From Dehalococcoidia bacterium (GTDB lineage Bacteria > Chloroflexota > Dehalococcoidia > Lucifugimonadales > UBA3495): a stretch of 64,000 bases of DNA. The stretch is from NCBI GenBank assembly GCA_965205495.1, contig CBDBHA010000002.1, forward strand, positions 2,827,295-2,891,294. The letters run 5' to 3'. The first letter of the stretch is position 1. Each line of letters opens with the position of its first letter. The notes below the pieces were generated by a model. It ran no database searches and had not been told where the DNA came from. It saw nothing but the letters and a program-made list of their open reading frames with translations. Below, one piece after another: positions 39,041 to 49,211 of this stretch. The position numbers and the translations under genes are program-made.

Positions 39041-40444
39041 ATGCCCGATTCCCTCAGCCGTACCCTCGCCCGCTTCGCCGCCTCCCTGGAGTACGGGTCT
39101 CTCCCTCCCGAAGTGGTCGACAAGATGAAAGCCTCCGTCCTCCACGCCCTCGTCGTCTCCATTGTCGGCCTTGGCACCACCCACGGCAGGGCTGCGGTGG
39201 AACTGGTCAAGGAGGAAGAAACTCGGCCCGGCGGCGCCACCATCCTGGCCGACGGCGCCCAGGCCACCCGCTGTGGGGCCGCTTTCGCCAATAGTAAACT
39301 GATGCACGCCACCAACCAGTCCGATTCTTACCGGATGCTCACCCACCCCGGCCCCTGCATCGTCTCCGCCGGCTTGGCCACCGCCGAACTCAATGACGCC
39401 ACCGGCCGGCAGTTCCTCACCGCGCTGGTCGCCGGTTACGAGGTTGAGTCCCGCATCGCCGGGGACTTCATCCCTACGGTCCAAGCCCGCGGGTTTCGTT
39501 CCAGCCCCGTCTTCGGCACCCTGGGCGCCGCCACCGCCACCGGCAAGCTCCTGGGCCTCACCGAAGACCAGATGGTGACCGCCCTGGCCCTGGCCTGCAC
39601 CTTCACCGCCGGCACCAACGAAGGCCCCCGCTCCGGCGGCCGGGAAATGATGTTCCACGAGCCCAACGCCACCCGCAACGGCATCATGGCCGCGCTGCTG
39701 GCCCGGGAGAACGTCCAGGGCTCCGAATCGGCCCTGGAAGGCGACGCCGGTTTCTACAACGCTTTCACCGGCAATAACCGGGGCGAGCTTTCCTACGTTT
39801 TCTCCGGCCCCAACCAGGTTACCTTCGACCCCGTTATTGAGGGCCTCGGCTCCCGCTGGGAAATGATGCACGTCGTCCCCAAGATTTATCCCACCGCCGG
39901 TTACAACTGCCCGGTTATCGAGCTGATGACCGACATGCGGGCCGCCCACGACCTCCCACCGGAGGAAATCGAGCAGATTACCGTCGACATGAACTGGCTG
40001 GAGACCACTTATCCCTCTCCTGCCTTCCCAAACCTCACCCGCACCTCCCCCGGCGTGGGCAGCACCCACTACTTCACCGCCTATACCTGCGTCAACGGCA
40101 GCTACCCTCCCCTGCGCCAGCGCATTGAGGCCGGCGAGCAGCCCCCCGGCGGCGAACGGGCCGTCATGGACCTGCTGGCCCGTACCGAGGTCATCGGCCA
40201 TAAGGACCGCCCGGCTTTCGCCCCCCGCATCACCATCCGCATGAAGGGCGGCACCACCTACCAGGGCGAGTACCAGGGCCAGGAGTTGGAATGGGACTTG
40301 GCCACCGAGACCGGCCGGGTCACCGCCCTGTTCCCCAACGTCGATTGGCCCGACGAAAAGCTGGAAGGTATCGCCCAGACGGTCGCCCAGTTGGAAACCC
40401 AGCCCAATCTATCCTCCCTGGTAACCCTCTGCGTCCCCGAATGA
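39041..40444 (+). CDS. MmgE/PrpD-family protein
   Basis: 467 aa. The N-terminus LARFAASLEYGSLPPEVV... and the overall pattern are typical of PrpD-like dehydratases. Confidence 0.8.
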   Translation: MPDSLSRTLARFAASLEYGSLPPEVVDKMKASVLHALVVSIVGLGTTHGRAAVELVKEEETRPGGATILADGAQATRCGAAFANSKLMHATNQSDSYRMLTHPGPCIVSAGLATAELNDATGRQFLTALVAGYEVESRIAGDFIPTVQARGFRSSPVFGTLGAATATGKLLGLTEDQMVTALALACTFTAGTNEGPRSGGREMMFHEPNATRNGIMAALLARENVQGSESALEGDAGFYNAFTGNNRGELSYVFSGPNQVTFDPVIEGLGSRWEMMHVVPKIYPTAGYNCPVIELMTDMRAAHDLPPEEIEQITVDMNWLETTYPSPAFPNLTRTSPGVGSTHYFTAYTCVNGSYPPLRQRIEAGEQPPGGERAVMDLLARTEVIGHKDRPAFAPRITIRMKGGTTYQGEYQGQELEWDLATETGRVTALFPNVDWPDEKLEGIAQTVAQLETQPNLSSLVTLCVPE

Positions 40445-40481
40445 TCTCATTGACGTTAAACACTGGAAAGGAAGCAAGCTA

Positions 40482-41276
40482 ATGGCATCGGGAATCAACG
40501 GTAAAGTCGCCTTGGTCACTGGCGGCAGTATGGGAATCGGCCAAGCCACCGCCCGCGCCCTCGCGGGCGAGGGCGCCAACGTCGCCATCTGCGCCCGGGG
40601 CATCGACGCTCTCAAGCAGACCGCCCAGGAAATCCAGGAAGAGACCGGCTCCACCGTGGTCCCCATCCGCGCCGACATGACCAGCATCGAGGATATCACC
40701 ATGCTGGTCTGGTCCACCATCACCGAACTGGGACACATTGACATCCTGGTCAACAACGCCGTCAACTCCACCACCGCAAGGGCCAGCGAGCTTCCCGACG
40801 ACGTTATCCTCAACCACATCAACACCAAGATTATGGGCTACGTCCGCTGCGCCCGCGAAGTCATAACCTCCATGAAGCACAAGGGCGGCGGCCGAATCGT
40901 CAATATCGCCGGCATGGGCGCCCGCAACGCCAGCGCCACCAACCCCGGCTCCGGCATCACCAACTCCGGCGTTGCCGCCTATACCAAGTCCCTGGCCGAC
41001 GACGTTGCCGCCGACGGCATCCTGGTCAACTGCATCCACCCCGGCAGCACCCTGACCCAGCGCCAGTTGCAGTTAATCGACGAACGGGCCGAACGGGAAG
41101 GCATTTCCCCCGATGAAGTGATGCAGCGCACCGTCGCCAGCATCCCCATCGGCCGCATGGTCCAACCCGAAGACATCGCCAATCTGACAGTGTTCCTGGT
41201 GTCCGACCAGGCCAACGCCATCACCGGCCAGACCATCGCCGTCGACGGCGGCGCGGGCCGGGGCGTGGTCTACTAA
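40482..41276 (+). CDS. SDR-family oxidoreductase
   Basis: TGGSMGIG, NNAV, Y..SK-type catalytic region and IAVDGG. Confidence 0.9.
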   Translation: MASGINGKVALVTGGSMGIGQATARALAGEGANVAICARGIDALKQTAQEIQEETGSTVVPIRADMTSIEDITMLVWSTITELGHIDILVNNAVNSTTARASELPDDVILNHINTKIMGYVRCAREVITSMKHKGGGRIVNIAGMGARNASATNPGSGITNSGVAAYTKSLADDVAADGILVNCIHPGSTLTQRQLQLIDERAEREGISPDEVMQRTVASIPIGRMVQPEDIANLTVFLVSDQANAITGQTIAVDGGAGRGVVY

Positions 41277-41362
41277 CCCGGCCCAAGGTGACCCCCCACC
41301 CCCTCACGCCAAGCCCCACCCCGCCCGTGGTGCCGCCCACCCCGTTCGCGGCAAACCCCACC

Positions 41363-41490
41363 CCGTTCGTCCTGAGCCCGTCGAAGGGCCAACGGACGGT
41401 CGCACTAATCACCCCCCAATCCACCAGTCCGTTCGTCCTGAGCCCCGTCGAAGGGCCAACGGACGGTCGCACTAATCACCCCCCAATCCA
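41363..41490 (+). repeat. 66-bp tandem duplication of a family C unit, abutting the next start codon
   Basis: CCGTTCGTCCTGAGCC(C)CGTCGAAGGGCCAACGGACGGTCGCACTAATCACCCCCCAATCCA occurs twice. The second unit ends at 41490, directly before ATG 41491. Confidence 0.9.
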
Positions 41491-42423
41491 ATGAAGTTCC
41501 TACCCCAATGCCACCCCCAACTGCTCTTGGCTGCCAGCCTCGTGTTCCTGCTGGCCGCTTGCACCTCCCCCGCTCCCCCTCCCGCCGCCCCCGGCCCCCT
41601 GGGCGGGCCCGAAGTCAGCGCAATCCTCGCCAACAGCGACCTAGCCGTCGGTGAAAACCGCGTCGCTTTCGGCCTGGTCGACCGGAACAATATGCCCATC
41701 CGCACCCCGGAAGCTCAGGTCCAGACCGTCTTCTTCCCCCCCGGCGTCGACGAAGGCCAAATCCGAGCGACCGTAACCGCCAAATGGCGAAGCTGGCCGC
41801 CCCCCGGCAACCGCGGCGTCTACGTCGCCACCCTCAACTTCGACCAACCCGGCGAAGGCACCGAAGCGGTCCCCGCCCTCTGGGGCCTTCAAATCGCTAC
41901 CACCGGCACCGATGGCCGGACGATTCACGCCCAGACCGTGGCCCGGGTGGCCGCCACCTCCTCCACCCCGTCTCTGGGAGAACCGGCCCCGCCCAGCGTC
42001 ACCCCCACCGCGCGGGACACCACCGACCTATCCACCATCTCCACCGCCGCCAACCCCGACCCGGACCTCTACCGCCTCTCGGTCCACGAGGCGTTGCAAG
42101 AGTCCAAGCCCCTGGTCGTGACTTTCTCTACCCCGGCCTTCTGCGTCAGCGCCACTTGCGGCCCTCAACTCGACGTGGTGGCCCAGCTCAAGGACAACTA
42201 CCGCGAACAGGCCAACTTCATCCACGTCGAAGTGGTCGAAGACCCCCACCTGGTCACCCAGGGCCGCCCCACCAGCCGGTGGGTGCCCGCCGTAGCCGAA
42301 TGGGGCATGGAATCGGAACCCTGGACTTTCGTGGTCGACTCTCAGGGCTTGGTCCAGGCCAAGTTTGAACAGTTTACCCCCCTGGAAGACATCGAGGCCG
42401 CGCTGCTCACCGTTCTAAGATAG
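41491..42423 (+). CDS. Lipoprotein with C-terminal thioredoxin-fold (redoxin-like) domain
   Basis: Lipobox LLAAC. The C-terminus PLVVTFSTPAFCVSATCGP...W.FVVD..G is redoxin-like. No Shine-Dalgarno because of the repeat, so the start is uncertain. Confidence 0.5.
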   Translation: MKFLPQCHPQLLLAASLVFLLAACTSPAPPPAAPGPLGGPEVSAILANSDLAVGENRVAFGLVDRNNMPIRTPEAQVQTVFFPPGVDEGQIRATVTAKWRSWPPPGNRGVYVATLNFDQPGEGTEAVPALWGLQIATTGTDGRTIHAQTVARVAATSSTPSLGEPAPPSVTPTARDTTDLSTISTAANPDPDLYRLSVHEALQESKPLVVTFSTPAFCVSATCGPQLDVVAQLKDNYREQANFIHVEVVEDPHLVTQGRPTSRWVPAVAEWGMESEPWTFVVDSQGLVQAKFEQFTPLEDIEAALLTVLR

Positions 42424-42457
42424 CTGGCCTCAACTAACCGGCCCACCCCCCGTTTAT

Positions 42458-42790
42458 TCAGTCCTCCGTCTTCACCGCCACCAACCGCCCCTCTTCCTCC
42501 CGGTAAGTAACCAGGACCGAATCCCCAAACAGCCGGTGCTCTCTAAGATGCGACGGCGTAAACCCGGTGAACCCCTCGGCAACGAAAGTGTAACTCCTGC
42601 CCCCGTCGTCCCGTATCGTCAGGGTCTCGAACTCCGCAATGTTCCGCGCCGCCACCCCAACGATGTGCCCCCGCACCTGCTTCAAGTCGCCGTCAACCCC
42701 ACCCTCACCGCCGCAACCGGCAAACAAAGCCAACAACCCCCCAACCAGGGCCAAGGCTGCAACAATTGCGTACATAAGCAACACCCGCAA
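42458..42790 (-). CDS. Hypothetical small lipoprotein
   Basis: Signal peptide plus lipobox LFAGC. 110 aa. Confidence 0.5.
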   Translation of the reverse strand: MRVLLMYAIVAALALVGGLLALFAGCGGEGGVDGDLKQVRGHIVGVAARNIAEFETLTIRDDGGRSYTFVAEGFTGFTPSHLREHRLFGDSVLVTYREEEGRLVAVKTED

Positions 42791-42968
42791 AGGGCCCGGC
42801 GTGGAAGTTAGTGGAAGTCAAAGGTCGTCAGGTCAGGCCAAGAGCCCCAGTCCCGCCCCGGGACCTCCCGATCATTGTATTGCAACGCCACGCCATTACA
42901 ACCCGGCCCCGGACCTAACCCGGGGCCTTTAATTGGCCCCAACCCCCTTTCACCTTGAGCCCCCCTAC

Positions 42969-43072
42969 CTGTCATTCCGACCGTAGGGAGGAATCTAAAC
43001 TCTATCGCTGCCAGCCGGTTTGTCCCCGGATTCTTCGTCGCAATCCTCACGCAACGGCAACGAAAAGACCCT
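42969..43072 (+). repeat. Repeat family B, copy 4
   Basis: Aligns with the other B copies. Confidence 0.8.
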
Positions 43073-43166
43073 GCCCACCCCCCATTTCCCGCTATCGGAA
43101 TCAACCCATCCGTGATAGCATTGAAAGCCGTATCACAATCCCCTTAACCCCCAGGCTGGCAGCTTA

Positions 43167-44120
43167 ATGGCGTCAGGACAACCCGCCCCTCTCCCCTTCA
43201 ATTCCGGTGCTTCTCACCGTTGGTTGCAGTCAATCACCATCGTCACCGTGGTCGCGGTTTTTGCCCTGGTCGTGCTGGGCGGCGTGGTGCGGGTAACCGG
43301 CTCCGGGTTGGGCTGCCCCGACTGGCCCCTCTGCTACGGCAAGCTGCTGCCCCCTCTGGAATACACCGCCATACTGGAATACTCCCACCGCTTCGTCGCC
43401 TCGGTCATTGTTGGCCCCCTGGTTGCCGCCACCGCCGTCACCATTTTTTGGAAGTACCGCCAGGAACGCTGGCTGACCATCCCCGCCGCCATAGCCGTGG
43501 TCTTGCTCATCCTCCAAGCCCTGCTCGGCGGTTACACCGTCATCAAGGAGCTCCCCGGCGCTATCGTCGCCGCCCACCTGGCCCTGGCCCAAGCCCTGTT
43601 GGGGATCTTGGTTCTAACGTCGGTGGTCGCCTGCAAGGGCCCCTTGTCCGCCGGCCCCCAAGACCCGCCCGACCGGTTTCCCAAGCTGGCCCTCATCTCC
43701 GCGCTGGGCGTCTACGTCCTCATAATCTCCGGAGCATTAGTCACCGCAACCGGCGCCACCGCCGCCTGCGTAACCTGGCCTCTCTGCCAGGGCGACGTCT
43801 TCCCCCAAAGATTCCTGCCGGCCATCCACATGGGGCACCGCTACGTTGCCCTCATCATCGGCCTGTTCGTGCTCTACAGCGTCCACCTGGGTTTCCGAGG
43901 CCGCCAACGTCCCCGCGACATCCGCCTGCTCTCCATGACCGTCGCTGCCTCGTTCACGGCCCAGGTAATCGTGGGCGCCTTCACCATCTGGACCGGCTTT
44001 TCCACCCACATGATCGCTTTCCACATGGTCCTGGGCACCCTGGTTTGGTCCGCAATGGCCGCCACCGCCTTTGTCGCCTGCACCCGGCCCTCTCCGGCCC
44101 GGGAACCGGCCCATGATTAA
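43167..44120 (+). CDS. ctaA: Heme A synthase (COX15/CtaA)
   Basis: Eight-TM profile, GCPDWPLCYG and YSHRF / MGHRY His motifs. Adjacent to ctaB. Confidence 0.8.
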   Translation: MASGQPAPLPFNSGASHRWLQSITIVTVVAVFALVVLGGVVRVTGSGLGCPDWPLCYGKLLPPLEYTAILEYSHRFVASVIVGPLVAATAVTIFWKYRQERWLTIPAAIAVVLLILQALLGGYTVIKELPGAIVAAHLALAQALLGILVLTSVVACKGPLSAGPQDPPDRFPKLALISALGVYVLIISGALVTATGATAACVTWPLCQGDVFPQRFLPAIHMGHRYVALIIGLFVLYSVHLGFRGRQRPRDIRLLSMTVAASFTAQVIVGAFTIWTGFSTHMIAFHMVLGTLVWSAMAATAFVACTRPSPAREPAHD

Positions 44121-45030
44121 CCCCCAACCCGCCGAAAAAGCGCCTCCCGGTTTCTTCGTGTCGGCCCTGGCCTTGGCCGGCGACTACCTGACTCTGACCA
44201 AGCCTCCCATCGTGGTCCTGTTGCTGATAACCGCCATCGGTGGGATGTTTCTGGCCGCTCAGGCAATCCCCTCACCCATGTTGATGGGGCTGGTCTGCCT
44301 CGGCGGCGCCCTGGCCGCCGGCGGCGCCAATGCCATCAACCACTACCTGGACCGGGACATCGACGAACGCATGTCCCGCACCAGGCTTCGCCCCGTTCCC
44401 GGCGGACGCATCGCTCCCCTTCACGCCTTGGCCTTCGGGATCGGCCTCAACGTCGTCGCCTTCGGGCTTCTTTTCGCCTGGGTCAATCTTCTGGCGGCCT
44501 TGCTCACCCTGTCTGCGACCCTGTTCTATGCCCTGGTCTATACCCGTTGGTTGAAGCGCACCACCCCCCAAAACATCGTCATCGGCGGCGCCGCCGGGTC
44601 CATCCCGCCCCTGGTGGGCTGGGCGGCGGTCACCGGCGGCCTCGACCTCCCGGCCGTCTACCTCTTCGCCATCATCTTCTTCTGGACCCCTCCCCATTTC
44701 TGGGCCCTGTCCCTACTGATTAAAGACGACTACGCCGCCGCGGGCATCCCCATGCTCCCGGTGGTCACCACTTCCGAGCATACCGCCCTGCAAATCTTCT
44801 TTTACACCGTGGCCCTGGTTGGCATTACCGTGATGTTCGCCCTTACCACCGCCGTTGGTTGGGTCTACCTGGGCGCCGCCGCCGTTCTCGGAGCGGTCTT
44901 CGTGGTCATGGCCTGGCGGTTAATGCGCCGCTACGCTCGCTCCACCGCCAAGAATGTCTACCTTTTTTCCCTGCTGTACCTGGCCCTCCTCTTCGTAGCG
45001 GTAATGGCCGACAGCGTTATCCCAATCTAA
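44113..45030 (+). CDS. ctaB: Protoheme IX farnesyltransferase (heme O synthase)
   Basis: NHYLDRDID..M.RT..RP, WTPPHFWAL. ATGATTAA overlap with the ctaA stop. Confidence 0.9.
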   Translation: MINPQPAEKAPPGFFVSALALAGDYLTLTKPPIVVLLLITAIGGMFLAAQAIPSPMLMGLVCLGGALAAGGANAINHYLDRDIDERMSRTRLRPVPGGRIAPLHALAFGIGLNVVAFGLLFAWVNLLAALLTLSATLFYALVYTRWLKRTTPQNIVIGGAAGSIPPLVGWAAVTGGLDLPAVYLFAIIFFWTPPHFWALSLLIKDDYAAAGIPMLPVVTTSEHTALQIFFYTVALVGITVMFALTTAVGWVYLGAAAVLGAVFVVMAWRLMRRYARSTAKNVYLFSLLYLALLFVAVMADSVIPI

Positions 45031-45040
45031 CCCGTTGCCC

Positions 45041-45163
45041 CAGGACAATTGCAAAGTCCCTACGAACACCTATCGTCATTCCCGCGCGGGCGGGAATCCA
45101 GGGCGCACCTGGTCTGGCAAGCGTCCCTTTCCCTCAGAATTGCATCACTTTGCAATCGTCCTG
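45041..45163 (+). repeat. Repeat family A, copy 5 (best-preserved)
   Basis: CAGGACAATTGCAAAGT...ATTCCCGCGCGGGCGGGAAT...ACTTTGCAATCGTCCTG. Confidence 0.9.
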
Positions 45164-45266
45164 AACCCGTTGCCCACCGCCCCATTGCCGTTATTCCCGT
45201 GTCAAAAGCCAGCTCTTTTCCCCAAAAACCTAGCCTTTTCGGGGCCCGGCCCACCCCAAGTTTTCA

Positions 45267-45296
45267 TTGACAATTTCGCAAACCCTGTGCTATTGT
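45267..45296 (+). promoter_or_regulatory. Candidate sigma-70 promoter of the cox operon
   Basis: TTGACA, 18-nt spacer, TATTGT, about 55 nt upstream of ATG 45352. Confidence 0.35.
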
Positions 45297-45351
45297 CTGT
45301 CACTAGTGAAATTTTGCACATACTCAGGCCGCCAGTTGGGAGACGCTCAAA

Positions 45352-46542
45352 ATGCGCCTTGTGCCCCCCGGTAGGGCAGAGTCCTCCGCACCAGTCCCTG
45401 GGGTAACCCGTTGGAAGTCCACCCCTTCGTGGTTCCACCGTAAACAGCTATTATTTTCCCTCGGCATCCTGGGGGCCGCCCTCCTTTTGGTCGCCTGCGA
45501 CGCCGACGCCCGCCAGTCCACCTTCGGCACCGCCGGTCCGGTGGCAGAAAGCCAGCTTTTACTCTTTAACGTCCTCCTCTGGGTCATGGTTGCGGTCTTC
45601 ATCCTGGTTGAAGGCGCCCTGCTCTACGCCACCATCAAGTTCCGCCGCCGCCCCGGAGACCCCCTGCCCAAGCAGGTCCACGGCAACACCCCCCTGGAAA
45701 TCACCTGGACCGTTATCCCCACCGTCCTAATCCTGGCCCTGGGCGTCTGGTCGGTGTTTACCCTCTTCGATATTGAAAAACCCCCCGCTTCCGCCGCTGG
45801 AGACATCCTGGAAGTCACGGTCACCGGGCACCAATGGTGGTGGGAGTTTGAATACACCGATGCCGACGGCAACGGCAAGTTTATTACCACCGCCAACGAA
45901 CTTCGGATTCCCGTCGGCAAGCCGGTGGAAATCCTCCTCCAAAGCGACGACGTTATCCACAGCTTCTGGGTCCCCAAGCTTGCGGGCAAGGTCGACGTCG
46001 TCCCCACCCGCAACAACCGCATGTGGTTCCAAGCCGATGAGACCGGCACCTTCTACGGTCAGTGCGCCGAGTTTTGCGGCACCGCTCACGCCCAGATGAG
46101 GTTCATCGTCCAGTCCTTGACCCAGGAAGACTACGACGCCTGGGCCGCCGGTTTCGGCCGGCCTCCCCAGCTTTCCGCCGACGCTCAGGAGGGCCAGCAG
46201 ATTTTCAACGGCGCGGGAGGTTGCCTCATCTGTCATACCTCCAACGGCTCCGACTCTCCGGCGGTGGTAGATTCCCGGATGCAAGCCTTCCTCACCACCG
46301 AAACCGGCGTCGCCCCCGGCCCCAACCTCACCGACCTGGCAACCCGCCAGACTTTCGCCGCCGGTTTGGCGGACCTGAACCGGGAGAACCTCCGGGTCTG
46401 GATTACCTATCCCCACGACATTAAACCCGGAAATTACATGGGGGAACGGGCCACCATCTACCAGCAGAATTCCGACGGCCGGGCCAGCCTCTCCCCGAAA
46501 CAGATTTCCCTGGTAATTGAGTATCTCCTGAGCTTAAAGTAA
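45352..46542 (+). CDS. ctaC: Cytochrome c oxidase subunit II with C-terminal cytochrome c domain (caa3 type)
   Basis: CuA site HSFWVP...CAEFCGTAHAQM. C-terminal heme c site CLICH. Confidence 0.9.
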   Translation: MRLVPPGRAESSAPVPGVTRWKSTPSWFHRKQLLFSLGILGAALLLVACDADARQSTFGTAGPVAESQLLLFNVLLWVMVAVFILVEGALLYATIKFRRRPGDPLPKQVHGNTPLEITWTVIPTVLILALGVWSVFTLFDIEKPPASAAGDILEVTVTGHQWWWEFEYTDADGNGKFITTANELRIPVGKPVEILLQSDDVIHSFWVPKLAGKVDVVPTRNNRMWFQADETGTFYGQCAEFCGTAHAQMRFIVQSLTQEDYDAWAAGFGRPPQLSADAQEGQQIFNGAGGCLICHTSNGSDSPAVVDSRMQAFLTTETGVAPGPNLTDLATRQTFAAGLADLNRENLRVWITYPHDIKPGNYMGERATIYQQNSDGRASLSPKQISLVIEYLLSLK

Positions 46543-46595
46543 ACTTACTTGCAATCCTTGATTAGCACGATAACCCCGGCCCAGCGGAGGGGCAA

Positions 46596-48503
46596 ATGGC
46601 CGCTATAACCGACGTAATACCCCGCCCAGTCAGCGCCACCGGCGTCTGGAGCTGGATTACTACCGTCGACCACAAGCGTATCGGTGTCCTCTACGGCGTC
46701 ACCGCTTTCATGTTCTTCTTGATTGCCGGTGTGGAAGCCGGCGTCATCCGGATGCAATTGGCCGTCCCCGAAAATGGCCTGGTCAGCCCCGACATCTTTA
46801 ACCAGATGTTCACCATGCACGCCACGGCCATGATTTTCATGGCCATCATGCCCATGGGCGCCGCGTTCTTCAATTTCGTGGTGCCCCTGGCCATCGGCGC
46901 TCGCGACGTGGCCTTCCCCCGCTTGAACGCCTTTAGTTACTGGGTATTCCTGTTCGGGTCCCTCCTGTTACATGCTAGCTTCCTAACCATGCAGGCCCCC
47001 GACACCGGCTGGTTCGGTTACGCCAACCTCACCGAGAAGCCCTTCAGCCCCGGCGCCGGCGTAGATTTCTGGGCTCTCGGCCTCCAGGTGTTGGGCGTTG
47101 CCTCCTTGGCCGCCGCCTTCAACTTCGTGGTCACAATAATCAATCTGCGCGCCCCGGGCATGAGCTTGATGCGGATGCCCCTATTCATCTGGATGACCCT
47201 GGTCACCTCAATTTTGCTGGTCTTGGCCTTCCCGGTTATCACCGTGGGCCTGATTGAACTGACCTTCGACCGCCTTTTCTTCACCAACTTCTTCAACACC
47301 GCCGGCGGCGGTGACCCCATCCTCTGGCAGCACCTGTTCTGGATCTTCGGGCACCCGGAAGTTTACATCCTGATTCTTCCGGCGATGGGCATCGTGTCCG
47401 AAGTCCTGCCCACCTTCTCCCGGAAGCCCCTCTTCGGCTACCCGGTCGTGGTATTCTCCGGCATCGTCATCGGCATCATGGGTTGGGCCGTCTGGAGCCA
47501 CCACATGTTCACTGTCGGGTTGGGCCCGGTGGCCAACTCGGTCTTCACCATCACCACCATGCTCATCGCCGTGCCCACCGGCGTTAAAATTTTCAACTGG
47601 CTTGGCACCATCTGGGGTGGCTCTATCGACCTGAAGACCGCCATGCTCTTCGCCCTGGGCTTCGTAGCCCTGTTCATCGTGGGCGGCTTGAGCGGCGTCT
47701 CCCACGCCGTCTCTCCCTCAGACGCCCAGCAGCAAGACACCTACTACATTGTGGCTCACATCCACTACGTCCTCTTCGGCGGCTCCATCTTCGGACTCTT
47801 CGCCGGCATTTACTACTGGTTCCCCAAAGTGACCGGCAAACTGCTCCACGAAGGTCTGGGCAAGCTCAACTTCTGGCTGCTGTTCATCGGCATGAACGTC
47901 ACCTTCTTCCCCATGCACTTCGTTGGACTCAACGGGATGCCCCGGCGCATCTATACCTACACTTCGGAGTTCGGTTGGGACTTCTTGAACCTGCTGGCCT
48001 CCGGCGGTTACTTCATCATCTTCGCCGGCGTCGTGGTGTTTATTTTGAACGTCCTCAAGACCGCCAAGAACGGCGAACCCGCGGGCCACGACCCCTGGGA
48101 CGCCCCGGGACTGGAATGGAGCATCGCCTCCCCGCCCCCGGCCTATAACTTCGCCCAAATCCCCCAGGTCCTGGGCATTGACACCTACTGGATTGTCAAA
48201 CGCCGCAACGAAGAGGCCGGCACCCCCATCACCGGTCCCGAACCCTACGTCGACCCAGAGACCATCCACATGCCCAGCCCGTCCTACTGGCCTTTTGTTA
48301 CGGCGTTGGGAACCGGGCTGCTGGCGGCGGGATTCTTGATTGACTTCGGTTGGGATTACATCCGGTTCCCCATTCCCTTCATCGGCGGCATCATCGCCTT
48401 CCTCGGCGTCGTCGGTTGGGCCAACGAACCCCCCGATCACGCGGCCCACCACGACGGAGGCTCCGCCCACGGGGAAGTCCAACACGGCGAAGCCCACCAT
48501 TAG
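46596..48503 (+). CDS. ctaD: Cytochrome c oxidase subunit I (with C-terminal extension and His-rich tail)
   Basis: WFFGHPEVYILILP-type motif (WIFGHPEVYILILP), HHMF, and the HIHYVLFGG region. Tail HAAHHDGGSAHGEVQHGEAHH. Confidence 0.95.
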   Translation: MAAITDVIPRPVSATGVWSWITTVDHKRIGVLYGVTAFMFFLIAGVEAGVIRMQLAVPENGLVSPDIFNQMFTMHATAMIFMAIMPMGAAFFNFVVPLAIGARDVAFPRLNAFSYWVFLFGSLLLHASFLTMQAPDTGWFGYANLTEKPFSPGAGVDFWALGLQVLGVASLAAAFNFVVTIINLRAPGMSLMRMPLFIWMTLVTSILLVLAFPVITVGLIELTFDRLFFTNFFNTAGGGDPILWQHLFWIFGHPEVYILILPAMGIVSEVLPTFSRKPLFGYPVVVFSGIVIGIMGWAVWSHHMFTVGLGPVANSVFTITTMLIAVPTGVKIFNWLGTIWGGSIDLKTAMLFALGFVALFIVGGLSGVSHAVSPSDAQQQDTYYIVAHIHYVLFGGSIFGLFAGIYYWFPKVTGKLLHEGLGKLNFWLLFIGMNVTFFPMHFVGLNGMPRRIYTYTSEFGWDFLNLLASGGYFIIFAGVVVFILNVLKTAKNGEPAGHDPWDAPGLEWSIASPPPAYNFAQIPQVLGIDTYWIVKRRNEEAGTPITGPEPYVDPETIHMPSPSYWPFVTALGTGLLAAGFLIDFGWDYIRFPIPFIGGIIAFLGVVGWANEPPDHAAHHDGGSAHGEVQHGEAHH

Positions 48504-48515
48504 GAGGCTCTAGTC

Positions 48516-49199
48516 TTGGCTCAAGCCAGCGGTCAACTGCCCCACGCCGACGTAGACCACTCCTATACGACTACCGGCCTCAACCACCGGAAGCTGTTGA
48601 TGTGGGTGTTCCTCAGTTCCGACTGCCTTTTCTTCGGCTCCTTCATCGCCACCTACATGGTCTACCGGGGCCAGAGCCTTGTCGGCCCCTACCCAATCGA
48701 CATTATCGACGTCCCGATTACCACCATCTCCACCTTCGTCCTCCTCTGCAGCAGCTTCGCCATGGTGCAAGCCTTGGCCGCCACTAACCGCAACGACCAA
48801 CGGGGCATCCAACTATGGCTGCTGGCTACCGCCTTCCTGGGCGCCATATTCATCGCTTTCCAGGTCTACGAGTTCAACGCCTTCCGCGCCGAAGGCTTGA
48901 AGATTGATACCAACCTCTTCGGTTCAACCTTCTTCACCTTAACCGGCTTCCACGGCGCCCACGTTACCCTGGGTATCGTCTGGTTGGTAAGCCTGTTCAT
49001 CATCGCCCGCAAGGGCAGGTTGGGGCCCGCTACCGCCCTGGACGTGGAGATTGCCGGACTCTACTGGCACTTCGTAGACATTGTCTGGATTGTCATTTTC
49101 ACCCTGTTGTACTTGATAGGCGGGTTCGACCACGGTCCCGAAGCTGCCCACGCCGCCGCGAACTGGCTCGGGTCGGTTCTGGCGGTTGTCCCCATCTAA
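48516..49199 (+). CDS. ctaE: Cytochrome c oxidase subunit III
   Basis: FFTLTGFHGAHVTLG, YWHFVD. TTG start 8 nt after AGGAGG. Confidence 0.9.
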   Translation: MAQASGQLPHADVDHSYTTTGLNHRKLLMWVFLSSDCLFFGSFIATYMVYRGQSLVGPYPIDIIDVPITTISTFVLLCSSFAMVQALAATNRNDQRGIQLWLLATAFLGAIFIAFQVYEFNAFRAEGLKIDTNLFGSTFFTLTGFHGAHVTLGIVWLVSLFIIARKGRLGPATALDVEIAGLYWHFVDIVWIVIFTLLYLIGGFDHGPEAAHAAANWLGSVLAVVPI

Positions 49200-49211
49200 G
49201 GAGCCCGGTTA

